DNA of 32,000 bases from Candidatus Saccharimonadota bacterium (GCF_047555085.1 NZ_CP180230.1:630001-662000); one strand, 5' to 3'; positions 14,909 through 23,810 are shown, counted from the first letter of the stretch. A program made the numbers and translations. The notes: generated from the sequence alone by a model not told the origin.

Positions 14909-15721
14909 ATGCCGAAACTTTCCTGGAACGGAGACGACTTCCAGAATCCACAGGACTCATCTGGAACCGCTACAGAGAAAATTTCCGGCGGAGGCCTGGA
15001 ACAGGGATATTTCCACGGAAGTTTAACTAGAGGCCTTGTAGCGTATTATCCTATGAGTTCTGGTTCTGGCAGCACTCTCTTTGACAGCACCGCTTTATCT
15101 AATGATGGAACTCTTAAACCCGGCGGTTCCGGTACCACCTCAGCGGATAACATGTGGACTTCCGGCAAGCTGGGAAGTTATTCTCTTAGTTTCGACGGCA
15201 CGGATGACTACGTTGAGATCCCTGATCCAGATAATTACACTCTTACACAGCCGTATACTATCAGTTGCTGGATCTATCCACGGGGAAACAGCAGTGCCAA
15301 TAATCCTGGAATACTTGCGAAAGGACCGTTCAACGACAACGCTGACCTTCAGATGGAATACAGAGAGGCCTCTGACGAGAGGGCGATAAGATTTCTGCAT
15401 GACTGGAACACCGATAACCACTTCTTCGACTCGTCTGCAGGCTCAGTTCCTCTGAATCAATGGAGCCTCATAACTTTCACGTATGCAGGAGGCGTCAGAA
15501 AAATCTATGTCAACAGCGTCGAAGAAAACTCTTATTCGGACTCGACCGGTCAGGATACCAACAGCAACTCCTGGTGGATAGGACAGAAAGGAGGAACTTA
15601 CTTTGACGGAAAAATAGATGATATAAGATTCTATAACAGAAAACTTTCCGAACCGGAGATACAGGCCTTGTACAATCTTTCAAATCCTTCAAAAATTTCG
15701 GAGGAGGATACACTGGTTTGA
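14909..15721 (+). CDS. LamG/ConA-like-fold protein with N-terminal extension (270 aa), head of a three-gene LamG array
   Basis: The extension MPKLSWNGDDFQNPQDSSGT...QGY is homologous to that of 1220..2638. It is followed by LVAYYPM...LSFDGTDDYVEIPD...GKIDDIRFYNRKLSEPEIQALYN. Confidence 0.85.
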   Translation: MPKLSWNGDDFQNPQDSSGTATEKISGGGLEQGYFHGSLTRGLVAYYPMSSGSGSTLFDSTALSNDGTLKPGGSGTTSADNMWTSGKLGSYSLSFDGTDDYVEIPDPDNYTLTQPYTISCWIYPRGNSSANNPGILAKGPFNDNADLQMEYREASDERAIRFLHDWNTDNHFFDSSAGSVPLNQWSLITFTYAGGVRKIYVNSVEENSYSDSTGQDTNSNSWWIGQKGGTYFDGKIDDIRFYNRKLSEPEIQALYNLSNPSKISEEDTLV

Positions 15722-16368
15722 GTTTAATTGGTTACTGGCCTCTTAACGAGGCCTCGGGGACGGCCTATGATTATTCGGGGAACGAGTATCATGGATCTGT
15801 GAACGGTGGTGTAACTCAGGGAGATAACGGGCCTCTGGCCGAAGATTCGTATGGTTTTAACGGTAGTGATGGTTATGTCAGTTCTTCTGAAAGCATGGGT
15901 ATTTCAGGTTCTGATCCTGTTTCTATCTCTGCGTGGGCGAAGGCCTCTAGTTCGACTGGCTGGCAGATGCTGGCAGGATTCCATAGAGGCCAGAACGCGG
16001 GCAATCACTTTGCACTGGCTATAACAGGACAGGATGAATGGGGTGTCCACGGCTGGAGCGACGGTGACTTTGATTCCGGTGTCACACCGGATAGCAACTG
16101 GCATCACCTCACCGCAGTCTACGATGGCTCGCAGCTACGATTCTATATCGACGGCGTGGAGGCCCCGAACAGTCCTTTCAACTATACATACAGCATACAG
16201 AGCACAAAGATGTTTTTCGGCGTAGAAGAGGAAAGACTGGATCACTGGTACAGCGGCAACCTTTCCGAAGTAAGACTCTACGACAGGCCTCTAACAGAAA
16301 GCGAAATCCAGTACCTCTACAATGTTGGAAGTAGAGGCCTTCAGGTGACGGGGAGGAAAAGTTCATGA
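15718..16368 (+). CDS. LamG/ConA-like-fold protein, short form (216 aa)
   Basis: The TTG start overlaps the upstream stop (TTGA). It reads (M)SLIGYWPLNEASGTAYDYSGNEYHG...WHHLTAVYD...LSEVRLYDRPLTESEIQYLYNVGSRGLQVTGRKSS. Confidence 0.85.
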   Translation: MSLIGYWPLNEASGTAYDYSGNEYHGSVNGGVTQGDNGPLAEDSYGFNGSDGYVSSSESMGISGSDPVSISAWAKASSSTGWQMLAGFHRGQNAGNHFALAITGQDEWGVHGWSDGDFDSGVTPDSNWHHLTAVYDGSQLRFYIDGVEAPNSPFNYTYSIQSTKMFFGVEEERLDHWYSGNLSEVRLYDRPLTESEIQYLYNVGSRGLQVTGRKSS

Positions 16369-16369
16369 G

Positions 16370-17029
16370 GTGGATGATTTGACGCTGCGTGGTTACTGGC
16401 CTCTAACTGAGACATCCGGAAGTACGGCGTACGATTACTCGGGTAGAGGCCTTGATGGAACAGTCTACGGTGCTTCTATGGGTGCTTCAGGTTTGTTCGG
16501 TTCCGGTGCGTACAGTTTCGATGGTAATGATGATTACGTGAAGATTGACAGTCATGTGATCTCGGCGGGCAAGGATTCTCTCAGCGTATCTGCGTGGATC
16601 TATATCACGGGGAACGCCGGTAACAGCTGGGAGCGTTACGTCGATGTTCAGGACGGTAACAACGGCGGTGCGTGTGCTCTTTACTGGGACGATGATGATG
16701 CCCGGTACGGTTTCAGCGCTCTTAACACTCAGGCTATCGTTACAGGTGCTAATCCTCCTTCAGGCGAGTGGATGCTGTGGACAGGCGTGCTGCGGAATGG
16801 AAGCATCGAGTTCTACATGAACGCAGAGAAAAAGGCAGAGGCCTCGACAAGCAACACTACATCGGATTCATTTGTCTCAATCGGGAAAAGATACGATGCG
16901 AACGATCAGGTGCTGGCAAAGATGAACGACGTCCGTGTGTACAGTCACGCTCTTTCGCTGCAGGAGATCCAGTACCTGTACAGCGTGGGAAGTAGAGGCC
17001 TCCATGTTTCAGGTAAGAGGACTCTGTGA
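16370..17029 (+). CDS. LamG/ConA-like-fold protein, short form (219 aa)
   Basis: The GTG start lies 1 nt after the upstream stop. It reads LRGYWPLTETSGSTAYDYSG...YSFDGNDDYV...MNDVRVYSHALSLQEIQYLYSVGSRGLHVSGKRTL. Confidence 0.85.
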   Translation: MDDLTLRGYWPLTETSGSTAYDYSGRGLDGTVYGASMGASGLFGSGAYSFDGNDDYVKIDSHVISAGKDSLSVSAWIYITGNAGNSWERYVDVQDGNNGGACALYWDDDDARYGFSALNTQAIVTGANPPSGEWMLWTGVLRNGSIEFYMNAEKKAEASTSNTTSDSFVSIGKRYDANDQVLAKMNDVRVYSHALSLQEIQYLYSVGSRGLHVSGKRTL

Positions 17030-17102
17030 AAAAGTTCCCGGAGGATTTTTTCAGTCAGTTTAAAGAGTTTTCAGGCCTGAATTTTTTGCAGGTGAATCAA
17101 AA

Positions 17103-19181
17103 ATTACTGATAATAGAAGAGTCACGGTTACTGCTGCATTGCCTTATATCCACGGAGTTCCACATCTGGGGAATATAGTTGGAAGTATTTTGCCTGCGGA
17201 TATCTTCCACAGGTATCTGGATGTGAGAGGTGTCGAAAACGAGTTCATAGGCGGAAGCGATGTCCACGGAACACCTCTGGAGCTTGAGGCCCTGGAACGC
17301 GGCATGGATGTGGAGAAACTTGCCGAGCAGCAGCACAGGAAAGTGAAAAATGTACTTGAAGATTTCGAGATGGATTACTCCATCTACTCGAATACTAACT
17401 CCGAGTTCAACAGGAAGCAGACTCACGACATGTTCGAGGAGCTGTACCTGAACGGCTACATAACCGAGAAGGAACAGACTCTGCCGTACTGTAACAACGA
17501 TGAAAGATTCCTTCCGGACCGTTACATCGAGGGCGAGTGTCCTCACTGCGGAGGCCTTGCTAGAGGCGATCAGTGCGATGAATGCGGTAAGCTTATCGAG
17601 CCTGAAGAGATCATCGAGCCGGAGTGCCAGATCTGCGGGGAAAACGATATCGAGTTCAAGGAGACGACACATCTGTATCTTGATCTTCCGCAGTTCAAGG
17701 ATGAGCTAGAGGCCTGGCTGGAAAACGCAGATTCACAGCCCGTGCCTGATTCCATAATAAACGAAGTGGAGAACGCCATCGAGAACACGGAGCAGAGATG
17801 TATTACACGTGATATCGACTGGGGATTCGAGATACCAGCTGACAGAGTCAACGAGAGGATCGAGGAAGAAGGCCTTGACGTGGAAAAGATAGATAGCAAA
17901 CAGTACGAAGACAAGGTTCTGTACGTCTGGTTCGATGCCCCGATCGGCTACATCGGATTCACGAGAGAGCTTTTCGATGATGGAGATGAGTGGAAGGATT
18001 ACTGGACGGACTCGGATACTTACTACAGCATCGGGAAGGACAACACAATATTCCACACAGTTATCTGGCCTTCGATGCTTATCGGGGCCTCTACGGAAGA
18101 TATCGAGTACGAGCTTCCGCATTACGAGTTCATCCAGCAGTTCCTGATGGCGGAGGATACACAGTTCTCCAAGTCCAGAGGTACAGGCCTCTCAACAGAA
18201 GATGCACTGGAGATGTATCCGGCTGATTACTGGAGGTTCTACCTGGCAAGGAAGCTGCCTCAGGATCATGATGCAAAGTTTTCATGGAGTGATTTCGAGG
18301 CCGAGATCAACAACGTCCTGAACGATACAATCGGAAACTTCGTGAACAGAACGCTTTCACTGGCGGAGAAATGGTTCGACAACGAAGTACCTGTCGGAGA
18401 TCTTACAGATAAAGACAGAGAAACAGTCGAAAAAGCAGAAAATCTTGTAGAAGAATACTGTGAGGCCTTTGAAAATCACGATATCCGGGAAGGCCTTGAG
18501 AAATCTATCAGGCTTGCCAGACTGGGCGATCAGTACCTGAGCGAGGAAGAGCCGTGGAACAACGAGGATCAAAGAGAGGAGACGATTCATGTCTCACTTC
18601 AGATAATCCGTGCACTTGGCGCCACACTCTACCCCTTCACACCAGAAACCTCCCGCAGGATCGGGGAGATGCTGAACACGGATATACACACGTCTGAAGG
18701 AGTAGATGAACTTGTGGATCCTCTTCTCGGAGGCCTGGAGCCCGGCCACGAGCTTGGAGAACGTGAGATACTTTTCGAAAAGATCGACATAGAGGAAAAA
18801 GGAGTAGACGAGGAAGATAATATGGAAGAAAAAGAAGAACATGGATTCAACACCGACACCGTAAGCTTTGAGGACTTCACCGATATGGATATCCGTGTCG
18901 GAGAAGTACAAAGCGTGGAAGATCATCCAAACGCAGACAGACTGTACAAAGTCAAAGTCGATGTCGGAGAGGCGGTCCTCCAGACATGCGCAGGCCTGAA
19001 AAACCACTACGAGAAGGAAGAGCTTGAAGGCAAGACTGTAGTGGTGCTTGCAAATCTTGAGCCAACAGAGCTTCGAGGCGAGAAAAGCGAGTGCATGATG
19101 CTTGCTGCTGAAGACGAAGATGAAAACGTCTCGCTTCTGAGGCCTGAAGATGCGATGAAGAAAGGCTCAAAAGTCAAGTAA
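17103..19181 (+). CDS. metG: Methionyl-tRNA synthetase (eukaryote/archaeal type) with C-terminal tRNA-binding (Trbp111/EMAPII-like) domain; start codon uncertain
   Basis: It has ALPYIHGVPHLGN (HLGN variant of HIGH), Zn knuckles CPHCGG...CDECG and CQICG, the KMSKS-equivalent FSKSRG, and C-terminal VGEVQSVEDHPNADRLYKVKVDVGE. The ORF track starts at TTG 17139, which would delete beta-strand 1. The in-frame open region runs back to 17064, and its only start-like codon is ATT at 17103. Confidence 0.9.
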   Translation: MTDNRRVTVTAALPYIHGVPHLGNIVGSILPADIFHRYLDVRGVENEFIGGSDVHGTPLELEALERGMDVEKLAEQQHRKVKNVLEDFEMDYSIYSNTNSEFNRKQTHDMFEELYLNGYITEKEQTLPYCNNDERFLPDRYIEGECPHCGGLARGDQCDECGKLIEPEEIIEPECQICGENDIEFKETTHLYLDLPQFKDELEAWLENADSQPVPDSIINEVENAIENTEQRCITRDIDWGFEIPADRVNERIEEEGLDVEKIDSKQYEDKVLYVWFDAPIGYIGFTRELFDDGDEWKDYWTDSDTYYSIGKDNTIFHTVIWPSMLIGASTEDIEYELPHYEFIQQFLMAEDTQFSKSRGTGLSTEDALEMYPADYWRFYLARKLPQDHDAKFSWSDFEAEINNVLNDTIGNFVNRTLSLAEKWFDNEVPVGDLTDKDRETVEKAENLVEEYCEAFENHDIREGLEKSIRLARLGDQYLSEEEPWNNEDQREETIHVSLQIIRALGATLYPFTPETSRRIGEMLNTDIHTSEGVDELVDPLLGGLEPGHELGEREILFEKIDIEEKGVDEEDNMEEKEEHGFNTDTVSFEDFTDMDIRVGEVQSVEDHPNADRLYKVKVDVGEAVLQTCAGLKNHYEKEELEGKTVVVLANLEPTELRGEKSECMMLAAEDEDENVSLLRPEDAMKKGSKVK

Positions 19182-19436
19182 AGGCCTCAAACAATTTTTC
19201 TCTTTAATTTTTGAACAATAATTGAGAAAGAAAAATTTTCTAGGTAGTTATCTCTATCCTGGAGAGTTCAACTTCCTGATATCCTATATCGTTCTCCAGA
19301 TCATCCAGAGACTTGCCGGCTATCGAGGAATAACCAACCATCACACTTGTTATTTACTAGTGACAACTTAAGTGTTTTTTGGTGTGAGTCTCTGGAGTAA
19401 AAATTTTCTTGAACCTTGAGGCCTGAAAAATTTTCT

Positions 19437-20228
19437 ATGAAGGATAAAATCGATGTCGTGCAGACAGTTGTGAAAACTCCTGATGAGAGATATCTTATAG
19501 GCCTGAGATCTAAAGATGGCTACTGGGAGTTCCTAGGCGGAAAAGTAGAGGAAGGCGAAAATCTTGAAGAGGCTGCGATAAGGGAGCTGAACGAGGAGAC
19601 TGATCTAGGCCTCTCAGAAGACGAAATACAAAGTTTTGAAGTCGGGGAAAGTTACAGATCCAGCGACGACAGGAAATACGTACTGAATCCTGTACTTATC
19701 GAAATCGGGAAAAAGAAGGCCTCAAAGCTTTCACAGGATGATCTTTCACGGGAACACGAAGATTTTGAGTGGATCGATCTCCACGACTTCTACGAATATG
19801 AGACACTGGGCCAGTACCGGGCTCTGGAAAATCTCGGGATCGTCAACGGCGATGTAGCTCTGACAGTGCCTGAAGACGATGAAAAATTCCTGATACTGAA
19901 ACGTTCGGAAAAAACTTCAAGCTCAGGCCTCTGGAACTTTCCAGGCGGAAAAATCGAAAACGAGGAGAAAGAAGACGCCGCTATAAGAGAGCTACAGGAA
20001 GAGACAGGCCTGAAAGGAGAAATAGTTGAGGAAGGTGAATGCTATATCAGCAGCGGAGAACTTGGATACTGGCGCATCTTCCCTTTCCTTGTAGAGGCCT
20101 CTGGAGAAGTCTTTCTCAGCGAAGAGCACTCTGAATTCCAGTGGAGTAAAATTCCGGAGTTGAGAGATCTTGATGCTCTGGGAAATCTTCGCTCCCTTGA
20201 AAGTCTTGGGGTGATCGAGGATGAATAA
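19437..20228 (+). CDS. Tandem double-Nudix-domain protein
   Basis: It carries two complete Nudix boxes, GGKVEEGENLEEAAIRELNEETDL and GGKIENEEKEDAAIRELQEETGL. The ORF track opens at TTG 19416, but ATG 19437 (MKDKIDVV) is the more likely start. Confidence 0.8.
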   Translation: MKDKIDVVQTVVKTPDERYLIGLRSKDGYWEFLGGKVEEGENLEEAAIRELNEETDLGLSEDEIQSFEVGESYRSSDDRKYVLNPVLIEIGKKKASKLSQDDLSREHEDFEWIDLHDFYEYETLGQYRALENLGIVNGDVALTVPEDDEKFLILKRSEKTSSSGLWNFPGGKIENEEKEDAAIRELQEETGLKGEIVEEGECYISSGELGYWRIFPFLVEASGEVFLSEEHSEFQWSKIPELRDLDALGNLRSLESLGVIEDE

Positions 20229-20625
20229 TCCTGTCGATGTCTCTGTGGCTGTAGCGTATAATCCAGAGAAAGAGAAATTTCTGGTTCTGAAGCGTGCCGA
20301 TAGCATGGAAATTAATCCCGGAAAATGGAATTTTGCATCAGGGAAGATCAAGGAAGATGAGGCGGCTGAAGACGCCGCACTACGGGAGCTGGAGGAGGAG
20401 ACAGGCCTGAAAGGGAAAATTCTTAGAAGCGGCGATAGCTTTGTCGATGATACAGGCGGGAAAGTTTTCTGTGTACATCCTTTTCTTGTGCTTGTGAAGG
20501 ATTCCGGTGTAACGTTGAATTCCGAGCACAGCGAGTTCCGTTGGATCGATGCAGATGAACTGGATGATATCGATGGTCTGGAGACTCTCGGGAAAAATTT
20601 CGAGAAACTGGATATAGATACCTGA
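20221..20625 (+). CDS. Nudix hydrolase
   Basis: The Nudix box is SGKIKEDEAAEDAALRELEEETGL. The ATG overlaps the upstream stop (ATGAATAA, 8-nt overlap). Confidence 0.8.
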   Translation: MNNPVDVSVAVAYNPEKEKFLVLKRADSMEINPGKWNFASGKIKEDEAAEDAALRELEEETGLKGKILRSGDSFVDDTGGKVFCVHPFLVLVKDSGVTLNSEHSEFRWIDADELDDIDGLETLGKNFEKLDIDT

Positions 20626-20672
20626 AGCGAAGGATTCTAAAATCAGGGCCTGTAAAAAAGTTATAGAGGAGT

Positions 20673-21185
20673 GTGAAAATTTTTTTGAGTAAGGAAGAGT
20701 CCAGGACTGGCGAAGATTCGGATGGATCTTCTGGTTCGAATGAAATCTATGATTTCAGGACTGTCGTCAAGGCCCTGATAACAAACAATGGAAAGATTCT
20801 GATAGGTAAGAAAGAGGAGAAAGAAGGGCATCCTATAAGCGGCGAATGGCATATTCTTGGCGGCCACCTGGAGAAAGGAGAAGAGTTCGAGGAAGCTGTC
20901 AAGAGAGAAGTGAAAGAGGAGACAGGCCTTGAAGTCGAGGTACACCAGATAATCGACGTGAAAACTTTTGCATGGGATGAAGGCGAGAAAGACAGTATAC
21001 AGGCGCTGTACCACGTCGAATCAGATACAAGGGATGCCGAGGCCCGTGAAGATCTCTCCGATGTTAAATGGGTGAGTCCTGAAGATCTTCTCGACGAGCT
21101 TGGAGATATAGAGGCCTCACGTATCAAGGAAAGAGATAGGCAGGAGAAGTTCCTGGAGAAGATGAAGAAAGCACCGATATTCTGA
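20673..21185 (+). CDS. Nudix hydrolase with about 35-aa N-terminal extension (GTG start)
   Basis: The Nudix box is GGHLEKGEEFEEAVKREVKEETGL. No in-frame ATG precedes the domain. Confidence 0.75.
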   Translation: MKIFLSKEESRTGEDSDGSSGSNEIYDFRTVVKALITNNGKILIGKKEEKEGHPISGEWHILGGHLEKGEEFEEAVKREVKEETGLEVEVHQIIDVKTFAWDEGEKDSIQALYHVESDTRDAEAREDLSDVKWVSPEDLLDELGDIEASRIKERDRQEKFLEKMKKAPIF

Positions 21186-21191
21186 AGTTTT

Positions 21192-21785
21192 TTACTGGAC
21201 CCCTACAGCCGATAGGAAAGGCCTGGCTACTGTTTTGAACAGGAAGAAGTTGATTGCCAGGTTGAATACTACGTACTGTATGAATTTTGGAAGTCGGCCT
21301 CTGGATGTCAGGAAAGTCATCAGTGTGAAGATTGACTGCAGAGTGACTGATGTGTATATTCCCAGTGTCACTATGTCGATGTTGAGGCCTGCTGTTAGGT
21401 AGCCTGCAGCTGCGTAACTGGGTACTACCCATATCATGTAGACGCCTGGCGTGCTGCCGGAGAACATCTGGAGGCAGATGTAGACTAGGCCTAGTAATGC
21501 ACCGATTCTTGGTCCGAATACTGTAGCCATTGTCACAGTTGAGAAAGTTGCCAGTTCCAGTCCGAAACGGTTCAGGTTGTACCTGTTTACTGTGAGAGAT
21601 AATGCCACTGTCAAGACCATCAGAGTGAACGCTGCGAAGTAGCTTGTCAGGAACAGGGCCGGTATAGCCATTAAAGCAAGCAGAAATATTCTTCTCCCTG
21701 TCAGGAACTTCGGGCCTTCAAAATCCTTCAGTTCGCTGCGTATCTTTCTGAAGGCCTCTTCAAACTTCCTCCTAACTGATTTCAC
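21192..21785 (-). CDS. Hypothetical multi-pass membrane protein
   Basis: 197 aa with a basic N-terminus followed by about 5 hydrophobic segments. No family recognised. Confidence 0.6.
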   Translation of the reverse strand: MKSVRRKFEEAFRKIRSELKDFEGPKFLTGRRIFLLALMAIPALFLTSYFAAFTLMVLTVALSLTVNRYNLNRFGLELATFSTVTMATVFGPRIGALLGLVYICLQMFSGSTPGVYMIWVVPSYAAAGYLTAGLNIDIVTLGIYTSVTLQSIFTLMTFLTSRGRLPKFIQYVVFNLAINFFLFKTVARPFLSAVGVQ

Positions 21786-22039
21786 AGGGATATTTGAGAG
21801 GCCTAGTTTTAGATGCTTTCAGGTTTCTTACATGAATCCCGGTATCAGGTTTTTCTGTCGTGGATAGGCCAATTTTTTAACTTTTCTTTTGTGAATCCCA
21901 GTTTATGAGCAGTGATCATTTTTGTCCCTGCAGAAGCAAGATTTCTGCCTCGAGGAACAGTTCCTTTGAGAGTATTTCGACAGGCCTTTAATTCTGAAGT
22001 CCCAAAATCAGGTATAGTGCTGCTCGGAGCCGATAACTA

Positions 22040-23452
22040 ATGACACTTAAGCTATTCAATACTTTGACGCGTGAGAAAGAAGAGTTCAAACCGATTGAAG
22101 AAGGAAAGGTAACGTTTTACAGCTGCGGGCAGACAATCTACGACGATCTCCACATCGGAAACGCACGGGCATACGCAGCCTGGGACACACTCACCCGGTA
22201 CCTGCGGTGGAAAGGATTCAACGTCCGCCACGTACAGAACATCACAGACGTAGGCCACCTGACAGACGACGGCGATCAGGGAGAGGACAAGGTCGAGAAA
22301 AGAGCGAAAGAGATGGACATCGAGCCTATGGAGCTTGTCGAGGACCAGATCGAGCGTTATTTCGAAGATACCACGGCCCTGAACATTGAGCGACAGGACA
22401 TCGTGCCTCGTGCGACAGGCCACATCAACGAGATGATCCACTACGTCGAAAAGATAATAGAAAACGGATACGGCTACGAAGTCGATGGAAACGTCTACTT
22501 CGATGTAGAGGCCTTTGCAAAAGATTATCCATACGGCGACATGGCTAATAAGGATTTGAAACAGTTGAAGGAAGAGGCTCAGGCCCGTGTGGAACACGAT
22601 GGTAAGAAAAGAAATCAGTACGACTTTGCTTTATGGATTAACGCTGACGAAGGCCATCTGATGAAATGGGAGTCGCCCTGGTCAGTTGGATACCCTGGCT
22701 GGCATCTTGAATGTTCTGTTATGAGCCAGAAATATCTGGGCGATGAGTTCGATATCCACGCAGGTGGGAAAGATCATATCTTCCCGCATCACCCGAATGA
22801 ACGTGCACAGGCCTTTGCCGCTTCTGGAGAGGGACAGGCCCGGTACTGGCTTCACAACGAGTTCATCCAGGTGGAAGGGGAGAAGATGTCGAAATCGGAA
22901 GGAAATTTTTACACTGTACGTGAGCTTCTTGATGAAGGATTCAGCGGGAACGCTATCCGGCTTTACCTAATTTCTTCGCATTACAGGACAGAGACGGATT
23001 TCTCCCGTGACGGATTGAAAAAAGCGGAGAAGGAAGTCAGGAAAGCCCGGCATGTCGTGCAGAAGATAAGGAAGAATCCTGGCGAGGAGTTCCTTGATAC
23101 AGAGGCCTTGGAGGAAAATTTCAGGGATTTCATGGACGATGACCTGAATACTGCGAAGGCGAAACAGGAGTTGATGAAGTATGTGAACAGGGCGAACTCT
23201 GAACTGGAGAAGGATCGTCTGCTGGATGAGGAAGTAGCTGAAAAGATCGAGGAACTTTTCATGGTACTCGGTGTAGATCTCGAGCCAGGCCTCTCAAAGG
23301 AGGAAAAAGTGATGGCTGATCTGCTTGTTGATCTCAGGGCCGAGGCCCGTAAAGAAGCTGATTACGAGACAGGTGATCTGATCCGTGATCGTCTACAGGA
23401 GCTTGGATTTGAGATAGAGGATAACGAGGGAGAATCTCACTGGCTGAAGTGA
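22040..23452 (+). CDS. cysS: Cysteinyl-tRNA synthetase
   Basis: It has [19 protein letters not shown] (HIGN), GWHLECS and KMSKS. Confidence 0.95.
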   Translation: MTLKLFNTLTREKEEFKPIEEGKVTFYSCGQTIYDDLHIGNARAYAAWDTLTRYLRWKGFNVRHVQNITDVGHLTDDGDQGEDKVEKRAKEMDIEPMELVEDQIERYFEDTTALNIERQDIVPRATGHINEMIHYVEKIIENGYGYEVDGNVYFDVEAFAKDYPYGDMANKDLKQLKEEAQARVEHDGKKRNQYDFALWINADEGHLMKWESPWSVGYPGWHLECSVMSQKYLGDEFDIHAGGKDHIFPHHPNERAQAFAASGEGQARYWLHNEFIQVEGEKMSKSEGNFYTVRELLDEGFSGNAIRLYLISSHYRTETDFSRDGLKKAEKEVRKARHVVQKIRKNPGEEFLDTEALEENFRDFMDDDLNTAKAKQELMKYVNRANSELEKDRLLDEEVAEKIEELFMVLGVDLEPGLSKEEKVMADLLVDLRAEARKEADYETGDLIRDRLQELGFEIEDNEGESHWLK

Positions 23453-23459
23453 TTTTTCA

Positions 23460-23810
23460 GTGACCGGTACACAGCCTATAATCGATTACCTGAAGAAACA
23501 CTCGGGATACAGTTACGATACCGCAGTACCTGAGGAACTCTTTGAGAGATGTAGGGACAGTCTGGAGGAAACAGAGCGTACAAGAGTTACGAAATATTTT
23601 CCGGAGGCCTCAAGTTACAGGGATGAAAGAAGGAGGAAAAGCGTACATCTGACGGACTACAGAGGCCTTGAAAGAGACAGGATGGAATCTGATCTGGTGG
23701 TGGCGCATCTTGAACATTTCAATCCGGAGTACCATCCTGTACTGCATACCTTGATAGATTTCCCTCTGTGGTATATCAGGAACAGGATAATCGAGAGAAA
23801 TAGAAAATAG
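23460..23810 (+). CDS. Hypothetical protein (GTG start, 116 aa)
   Basis: The ORF starts 7 nt after the cysS stop. No motif recognised. The first ATG is internal (residue 75), so the extent is uncertain. Confidence 0.4.
   Translation: MTGTQPIIDYLKKHSGYSYDTAVPEELFERCRDSLEETERTRVTKYFPEASSYRDERRRKSVHLTDYRGLERDRMESDLVVAHLEHFNPEYHPVLHTLIDFPLWYIRNRIIERNRK

Noticed and set aside
1-17029. Diversity-generating retroelement (DGR) or cassette-switching mechanism acting on the LamG paralogs
   Set aside because: There is no reverse transcriptase, no template repeat nearly identical to a variable region, and no invertase or recombinase or flanking inverted repeats in the window. Paralog divergence is spread over the whole central region rather than confined to A-specific sites. 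This cannot be excluded genome-wide.
17097-17672. 191-aa minus-strand ORF antisense to metG, plus other antisense ORFs inside metG, ileS, cysS, the DHH gene and ftsZ
   Set aside because: These are shadow ORFs within confidently identified genes. They have no motifs and non-acidic composition.
19240-19341. 33-aa minus-strand ORF (MVGYSSIAGKSLDDLENDIGYQEVELSRIEITT*) in the metG-Nudix spacer
   Set aside because: It is too short, has no motif and no obvious promoter or SD. It cannot be distinguished from chance.
21845-22036. Open minus-strand frame upstream of cysS (...TLKGTVPRGRNLASAGTKMITAHKLGFTKEKLKNWPIHDRKT*) and a direct repeat (A/G)TGAATCCC at 21832 and 21891
   Set aside because: The frame has no start codon except one giving a 24-aa peptide. 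I recognise no family, and the vague HTH or gene-remnant impression cannot be supported. The region is more simply the divergent promoter spacer between 21192..21785 and cysS.
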